64,000 bases of DNA, taken from assembly GCA_016926805.1 (NCBI GenBank), contig JAFGNV010000181.1, forward strand, positions 14,492 to 78,491. Direction: 5' to 3'. Made by a program: the position numbers and the translations under genes. This DNA is from Anaerolineae bacterium (GTDB lineage Bacteria > Chloroflexota > Anaerolineae > 4572-78 > J111). Positions 59,901 to 64,000 of this stretch are shown piece after piece (the stretch's first letter is position 1; every line of letters begins with the position of its first letter). Below the pieces are notes generated by a model. It worked only from the letters and a program-made list of their open reading frames with translations, was not told the DNA's origin and did no database searches.

Positions 59901-60159
59901 TGCCAGATTTGGTTGTCTTGCCGGAGATAGAGCTTGGGCGCGGGGTGTCTACGTGGGCGCGCTGGCTTATTACGAGCAGGTTCTGGCCGTATCCGGCGCG
60001 CCGGTAGAAATGTTAATGGCGGCGGCAGAAAGCCGGGCGGATATGTTGGCGCTACAGGAAGATTACCCGGCAGCCGTGGCCGCGTATACCCGGGCGATTA
60101 AGTTGGGCAGCGCCACGGCGTTGAATAAGCAAACCGTGTTGGCGAACAAATTGAACTAA
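56938..60159 (+). CDS. Tandem class III cyclase-homology domains + P-loop STAND ATPase + TPR-like C-terminus (1073 aa)
   Basis: CHD1: FLFADVTGFT..IFAGDAVLAYF. CHD2: VQFIYVAGLEAL..GHGFILLNTFGAP..GPAVNRAARLMG. Walker A ITGQTGIGKTAL (about 58621-58650); Walker B VLILEDAHWLD. Helical TPR-like tail. No HTH domain seen. Confidence 0.85.
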   Translation: MDTRQTASLSWLPLLSRLVRFLPADLCHRLDKLPEDFNCVDDEETRRQIAAELLTAVRALDPLYRVLVHYMPHYQLELDPTPGQPHGELLAGTFLFADVTGFTALTELLSKQGHTRGREIMNQIMNRLFASVLDPLTASGGDLLIFAGDAVLAYFPKQENDNDVFQATRAALRMERAVAPFAAFETEYGSCSLTISVGVERGLAYAGFVGTKRRMELLVSGPATFGATDAEEAGQPGQVVLGPQAQAIAKNHFTLAGNVVIDDLGEALGDYEISPPSRRSGGSVVLGLEIDEVLSALATNLERVERLSPFLPEDMLARLVNSTDRHRRLEAEFRPAAVQFIYVAGLEALAMQRGAALATAVFQRYFEQAQEIINRHEGVISQVDTYGHGFILLNTFGAPRAHEGTKQYAVSAALHLERMLEQVNREFGLDPPLQQKGGITHGLIFTGEIGATYRRESVIAGPAVNRAARLMGKADYGQVILDADIWTEVQAAFVGEQLPAVTLKGIDGPVVIINVREMRRGARLPPPERPLLGRHLELARLSEALDRLQTVMPGRGSLWMITGQTGIGKTALVSQLATTARQRGLTVLVGCCQPHGKHIPLFPWLDVLAGWLNLDERANPGQQRARLSNELVALDMSDTEHALADLLALPAVESSQKADARPATGTSLFAALDHRVQHEQTPMPQTGGLGTLLQNRLANSKGDAPLGEHSVWQRLEERVSGPRIILKLLAKLAERESSVLILEDAHWLDSESLALCRKLLAQVGQLPLMVVLTGREAMVDAEPAALLSLDPLPDAALAEVAARVLGGSSLDDALAGWLCHQAGGNPLYAETLGRALQQADAVLLDRDTGEVRWTGLAPALPVSLHELLLARLEELPLAQQDVLKRAAVIGGSFEYDTLVNLVQPQLGEVEVSAALTEAVEVSFLVRLDDTTYRFSHSLMQETIYETLSHAQRQHWHTQIGDWLARREPEASLELIAYHYLRGDDATKAARFGCLAGDRAWARGVYVGALAYYEQVLAVSGAPVEMLMAAAESRADMLALQEDYPAAVAAYTRAIKLGSATALNKQTVLANKLN

Positions 60160-60229
60160 ACATTTGCAAAAAAAACAATGTTCGAGTAGGCTAATATAGG
60201 TAATTACGTTAAGCAAAAGGAGACCCCCG

Positions 60230-61006
60230 GTGTCAAAAATTGTGTCTATTCACTCATTTCGCGGTGGTACAGGTAAATCGAACACGACAGCCAACATTGC
60301 GGCCCAGGTAGCCCTCCAGGGGAATCGGGTGGCCATTGTTGATACCGACATCCAGTCGCCCGGCATTCACGTTCTTTTTGGCATGGAAGAGGATGACGTA
60401 AACCTGTCGCTTAATGATTACCTGTGGGGCAAATGTGCCATTCACGAAGCGGTTTACGATGTGGGGGCCAAACTGCATCTGGCCGACGGCACAGTGGGTT
60501 TGCCCCAGGGCCAATTGTATCTGATTCCCTCTTCTATCAGACCCAATGAGATTGCCAAAGTGCTGCGCGAAGGTTACGACGTGGGCATGCTGAGTGATGG
60601 TTTTCAGGATGCCATCGAGCAGTTGGATTTGGATTATTTCTTCATCGATACCCACCCGGGCTTGAATGAAGAAACCTTGCTCTCCATTGCTATCTCCGAC
60701 ATATTGTTGCTGATTATGCGGCCCGACCGCCAGGACTTTCAGGGTACGGCGGTAACGGTAGACGTGTCTCGCAGGCTGGATATTCCCAACCTTTTTCTGA
60801 TTGTCAACAAGGCTTTGCCCGAATATGATTTTGCCGCTCTAACCAAGCAGGTGGAAGAAACGTATCGCACCCACGTGGCTGGCATGTTGCCTCTCTCTAC
60901 GGATGTGGCCCGAATGTCCAGCGCTGATATTTTTTCGCTGCGTTTTCCTGACCATGAATGGTCTCAAACCATCATGAAGATTGCCGCTCAGGTTATGGCC
61001 TGCTAG
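60230..61006 (+). CDS. MinD/ParA-superfamily P-loop ATPase
   Basis: Deviant Walker A SFRGGTGKSNTTANIA; VDTDIQSPG; Walker B FFIDTHPG. GTG start with AAAGGAG 7 nt upstream. Confidence 0.8.
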   Translation: MSKIVSIHSFRGGTGKSNTTANIAAQVALQGNRVAIVDTDIQSPGIHVLFGMEEDDVNLSLNDYLWGKCAIHEAVYDVGAKLHLADGTVGLPQGQLYLIPSSIRPNEIAKVLREGYDVGMLSDGFQDAIEQLDLDYFFIDTHPGLNEETLLSIAISDILLLIMRPDRQDFQGTAVTVDVSRRLDIPNLFLIVNKALPEYDFAALTKQVEETYRTHVAGMLPLSTDVARMSSADIFSLRFPDHEWSQTIMKIAAQVMAC

Positions 61007-61146
61007 GAATTTGTTGGCGTAAAATTGGAAAGGTGGCAAGTCATGTTAGCGGCATGACAAAGCTGGCGGCAAGTTCTTGTCTACAACACGGTCACCTTAA
61101 AAATGTAACCCGAAGATTTGTCTTCTGCGGTCTGGAGTAATTTAAG

Positions 61147-61359
61147 ATGCTTTGTCATAAATGTGATAAACCAGCCAGGGGCGTCTGCAAATTTTGTGGC
61201 CGCGGAGTCTGTGAAGACCATAACAGCAAGATGCCCATTATTCTATCGGTTTATGTGGGTGAGCACCATACACCCAAAACAATTGTGGTGGCCGATGTGT
61301 TGTGGTGTGGCACGTGCAAACCGCAACCCGAGCCTATTCCAATGCCGGAGATCTACTAA
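61147..61359 (+). CDS. Cys-rich zinc-binding small protein (DUF2180-like)
   Basis: MLCHKCDKPARGVCKFCGRGVCEDH...WCGTC: a CxxC-x7-CxxC-x4-C-x2-H pattern plus a distal CxxC. The family assignment is from memory. Confidence 0.55.
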   Translation: MLCHKCDKPARGVCKFCGRGVCEDHNSKMPIILSVYVGEHHTPKTIVVADVLWCGTCKPQPEPIPMPEIY

Positions 61360-61703
61360 TGGGGGGACTTTTCGATCGTTTGCAGGATGAAATTGACTCG
61401 CGCGAGCGCCAGGAAGGCATCTCTCCGGCCGACTTGTTGGACATGCCCCCGGCGCTGGCTTCGGTGATAAAAAAGATTATTCGCCATAACGGGATGAAAC
61501 TGGCTGAGATTGCTGAAGAGCTGGCACAATCGCCTCAGGATACTCAACAAATGCTTGCTGAGATGGTCAAGAAAGGCTACCTGCGCCGGATAGAAGTCAA
61601 GAACGAGATTTGGTATAAAGCCCGCTTTGCTCACAAACGTAGCCGACTTTCCTCGGATTTCTGGTCTAACCTGGATACTGCCGTCGACCAGGAGGAAAAA
61701 TAA
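61359..61703 (+). CDS. Small winged-helix (MarR/ArsR-like) protein
   Basis: Trimmed to ATG 61359, which overlaps the upstream TAA (TAATG). IKKIIRHNGMKLAEIAEELAQSPQDTQQMLAEMVKKGYLRRIEVKNEIWYKARF looks like an HTH plus wing. Confidence 0.5.
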   Translation: MGGLFDRLQDEIDSRERQEGISPADLLDMPPALASVIKKIIRHNGMKLAEIAEELAQSPQDTQQMLAEMVKKGYLRRIEVKNEIWYKARFAHKRSRLSSDFWSNLDTAVDQEEK

Positions 61704-61845
61704 CGTTTTTCATCTTTCTGTTCTCGTTCCTCAAGCCCGATATTGGGTGAGTGCGTTTTGGCATCCTGATTGATCCTGGAATGTGTTTGCGTTCCTCTTT
61801 GGTAAACAAGCCTCTCAGTGGATACACCCGATGAAGTTATAACGT

Positions 61846-64000
61846 ATGTCAATTTCGCAACAAAGCCTCCGTTTGCTTAACAGATTATTTAATGTTCGAA
61901 CCAGCGAGTGGCCGCGCCTGCTGTTGTTGTATTTGATGTATTTGGTGTTTTTCACCGGCACGGTCTGGGCTGAAATCATCCTTGAGACCTCGTTTTTGCA
62001 GCAAGTGGGGGTAGAAATTCTGCCCTGGTTCTTCATCGTCCGGGCCATTGCGGCTATTGTTGCATTTGCCGTTTACACCGCCTTTGCCGATCGGGTGGCC
62101 AACGATAAGTTATTGATTGCTTTTTTACTTTTCGGTGCAATGGTTATCCTCAGCGGGCTTGGTTTGTTGGGACTGGGCTTAATTATCATTGCTTATCCCC
62201 TTTTGTATCTACTCATCTTTGTTCCTTTTGACGAAATATTTGTTACCCATTGGTATACCTATACCAATGATTTTTATGACACCCGTTCGGCCAAACGCCT
62301 TATCCCGGTCTTGAGCACTGCTGGCCGGGTTGGTGGAATTGTGGCCGGACTAACCATACCGGTATTGACCGGGTTCATCTCTTCGACCGCCATTATTGTA
62401 GTTTGGCTATGTTCGTTGTTGTTTATGGCGTTGCTGGCCTGGCTCATGCCTTATCTCCTCAAAGAAGGTCGGGTAACAGACAAGCAGCCGGGAATTGCCG
62501 CCACTTATCGAGGCGCGTCGCCCACCGGCAAGCGAACTTCGTATTTTGATAACCTTCGCGAGGGCTATCAATATGTTTCTAGTTCGTCTTTCTTGCGGTG
62601 GGTGGCTTTGGCCACGGCGGTGCTCATTGTGCTGCTGGTCTTTTTCCAGGATCAAACCTGGCGCATTTTAGCCCACGAGTTTGCCACCGAGGCGGAAATA
62701 ACCCGTTTTTTTGGAAATGTAGCCTGGATTACCAACCTGATTATCTTGCCGTTCCAGCTTTTCTTTCTCAGCCGGATCATTGGCCGAATCGGCGTGGGTA
62801 ATGCCAATCTTATCTTTCCCGCCGGTCTCTTTCTGATTGCCGGTGGTTTGATTTTTAGGCCGGTGATTCCCACGGCTGCCCTGGCCCATTTTGGTCGAAC
62901 CAATTTCTATGGCGCTATCGGCTATCCCATCGACAGCCTGTTATACAACGCGGTTCCCTTACGCGTTAAAGGACGCGCCCGGGCTTTTGTAGGTGGTTTC
63001 ATTGTGCCATTAGGTTCGCTGGTGGGCGGTCTGCTGCTTTTGTGGCCCCTGGTTTCGTCTACCGGCCTGGCGTGGAGCTTCATTGCGGTGCTGGCCATAA
63101 CCTATCTGGTCAGTGCCGTCATTATTCGCCGGAAATACCGGTTGGCCTTGATCCAAATGCTGGAGCAGGAAGATTACTCATTTCTGTTGTCTCAAAATGC
63201 TACCAACCTGATTGTCACCGACCCGGCGACCCTCAATGAACTACAGAAAAAACTCGATGAAAGCACCGATTACGATTTAAAGATTTTCATCGCCCAACTT
63301 ATTAGCCAGATTGGCGGCATGCAGGCTGTTTCTATTTTGGGGCAGGCCGCCAGAACTACCACCGATACCCGGACGCGGGTGGCCATTATCGATGTTCTGG
63401 TGGCGGCAGATACCCGTGGCCCGGAAATCCGTGAACTGTATACCCACTTTTTGGCCGACTCTGATGGCGACGTTCGCCGGGCGGCTATGGTCGGCCTGGA
63501 ACAGTTGATCAGCCCTCACGATGAACGACTGCTGGCGATAGCCCTAAGTGTGTTGCCGGATGCAGATGTTGAGGTGCGGGCGAAGGCTATTTCTATGTTG
63601 CTTCAAACCGATGATCCGGCTTACCGGGCTCCGGCTCTCGAAGCCTTGAACGAATTCTTGCATCATCAGGACCCCCGGCAACGAGCCCGGGGAGTGCAGG
63701 TGTTACGTCGAGTCGGGGAAGTCCAGTTCATTGAGCATCTGGTCAAATATTTGGCCGACCCTGCCGACGAGGTACGGCTGGAAGCCGCCCTGGCTATTGA
63801 GGCGTTGGCGCAAACCAAAATACCCGACTCTACGGCCAAACTAATCCTGGATTCGATCAACCTTTTCCTGCACGACCCGGTCCAACGCATTCGTCAAGCT
63901 GGTTTGGTGGTCATCGGGCGGCTTGATGCTTACGAATCATACCTCGTTCTGGTGAGGGCGTTAGCCGACCCCAGTCTGGCCGTCAGGACAACCGCCGTGG
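61846..64000 (+). CDS. Polytopic membrane domain (MFS / ATP-ADP-translocase-like) fused to C-terminal HEAT repeats; 3' end beyond the window
   Basis: Absent from the ORF track because there is no in-window stop. ATG 61846 is the first start after an in-frame TAA at 61840. N-terminus: MSISQQSLRLLNRLFNVRTSEWPRLLLLYLMYLVFFTG. The frame stays open where I checked (62401 VWLCSLLFMALLAWLMPYLL; 63001 IVPLGSLVGGLLLLWPLVSS). From about 63300 come HEAT-type repeats (DGDVRRAAMVGL, DADVEVRAKAISML, DPRQRARGVQVL, DPADEVRLEAALAI, DPVQRIRQAGLVV, DPSLAVRTTAV). Confidence 0.65.
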   Translation, partial: MSISQQSLRLLNRLFNVRTSEWPRLLLLYLMYLVFFTGTVWAEIILETSFLQQVGVEILPWFFIVRAIAAIVAFAVYTAFADRVANDKLLIAFLLFGAMVILSGLGLLGLGLIIIAYPLLYLLIFVPFDEIFVTHWYTYTNDFYDTRSAKRLIPVLSTAGRVGGIVAGLTIPVLTGFISSTAIIVVWLCSLLFMALLAWLMPYLLKEGRVTDKQPGIAATYRGASPTGKRTSYFDNLREGYQYVSSSSFLRWVALATAVLIVLLVFFQDQTWRILAHEFATEAEITRFFGNVAWITNLIILPFQLFFLSRIIGRIGVGNANLIFPAGLFLIAGGLIFRPVIPTAALAHFGRTNFYGAIGYPIDSLLYNAVPLRVKGRARAFVGGFIVPLGSLVGGLLLLWPLVSSTGLAWSFIAVLAITYLVSAVIIRRKYRLALIQMLEQEDYSFLLSQNATNLIVTDPATLNELQKKLDESTDYDLKIFIAQLISQIGGMQAVSILGQAARTTTDTRTRVAIIDVLVAADTRGPEIRELYTHFLADSDGDVRRAAMVGLEQLISPHDERLLAIALSVLPDADVEVRAKAISMLLQTDDPAYRAPALEALNEFLHHQDPRQRARGVQVLRRVGEVQFIEHLVKYLADPADEVRLEAALAIEALAQTKIPDSTAKLILDSINLFLHDPVQRIRQAGLVVIGRLDAYESYLVLVRALADPSLAVRTTAV

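Overview
Bacterial chromosomal window, about 55-58% G+C by eye. It holds dense housekeeping and cell-envelope genes. I saw no rRNA, tRNA, CRISPR, transposase or phage genes. EPT/PT linkers, thrombospondin-type-3 repeats, beta-helix secreted proteins, a GTAGGGG..CCCCTAC palindrome and many pentapeptide and GT-C proteins suggest a filamentous Chloroflexota-like organism; this is inference only. Layout: (i) 1-10.7 kb: an AfsR-like SARP-ATPase regulator (partial, missing from the ORF track) is divergent from a plus-strand cluster. The cluster encodes a small conserved protein, two secreted proteins sharing a C-terminal [IV][YF]LP[VI]V[LV]KN[QR] tail, a lipoprotein with 3 x 237-bp repeats, and an FHA-TM-TSP3 protein. 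(ii) 10.8-20.2 kb: a minus-strand operon-like run of recD2, an unknown gene, an M29 aminopeptidase, PepF, a CcrM-like orphan N6-adenine methyltransferase and pepT. (iii) 20-41 kb: mixed genes including lspA-rluD, kamA/lrp, an MGDG-synthase-like GT, kbl, a membrane adenylate cyclase, and YfhO-like and GT-C proteins. (iv) 42-55.9 kb: one good sigma70-type promoter precedes a pentapeptide protein, a membrane-anchored GT4 and five tandem, translationally coupled GT-C (PMT/ArnT-like) paralogs. A convergent pentapeptide protein closes the block. The paralogs carry in-frame 7-8-nt tandem micro-repeats and CAATGR-repeat junctions. (v) 56.9-64 kb: a tandem-cyclase-domain STAND ATPase, a MinD-like / Cys-rich / wHTH gene triad, and a membrane-HEAT fusion (partial, missing from the ORF track). 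My best candidates for something undescribed are the GT-C array with its micro-repeats and the SARP-adjacent surface-protein cluster with its shared C-terminal tail. Several track ORF starts were trimmed where a ribosome-binding site or the upstream stop codon argued for a later start.
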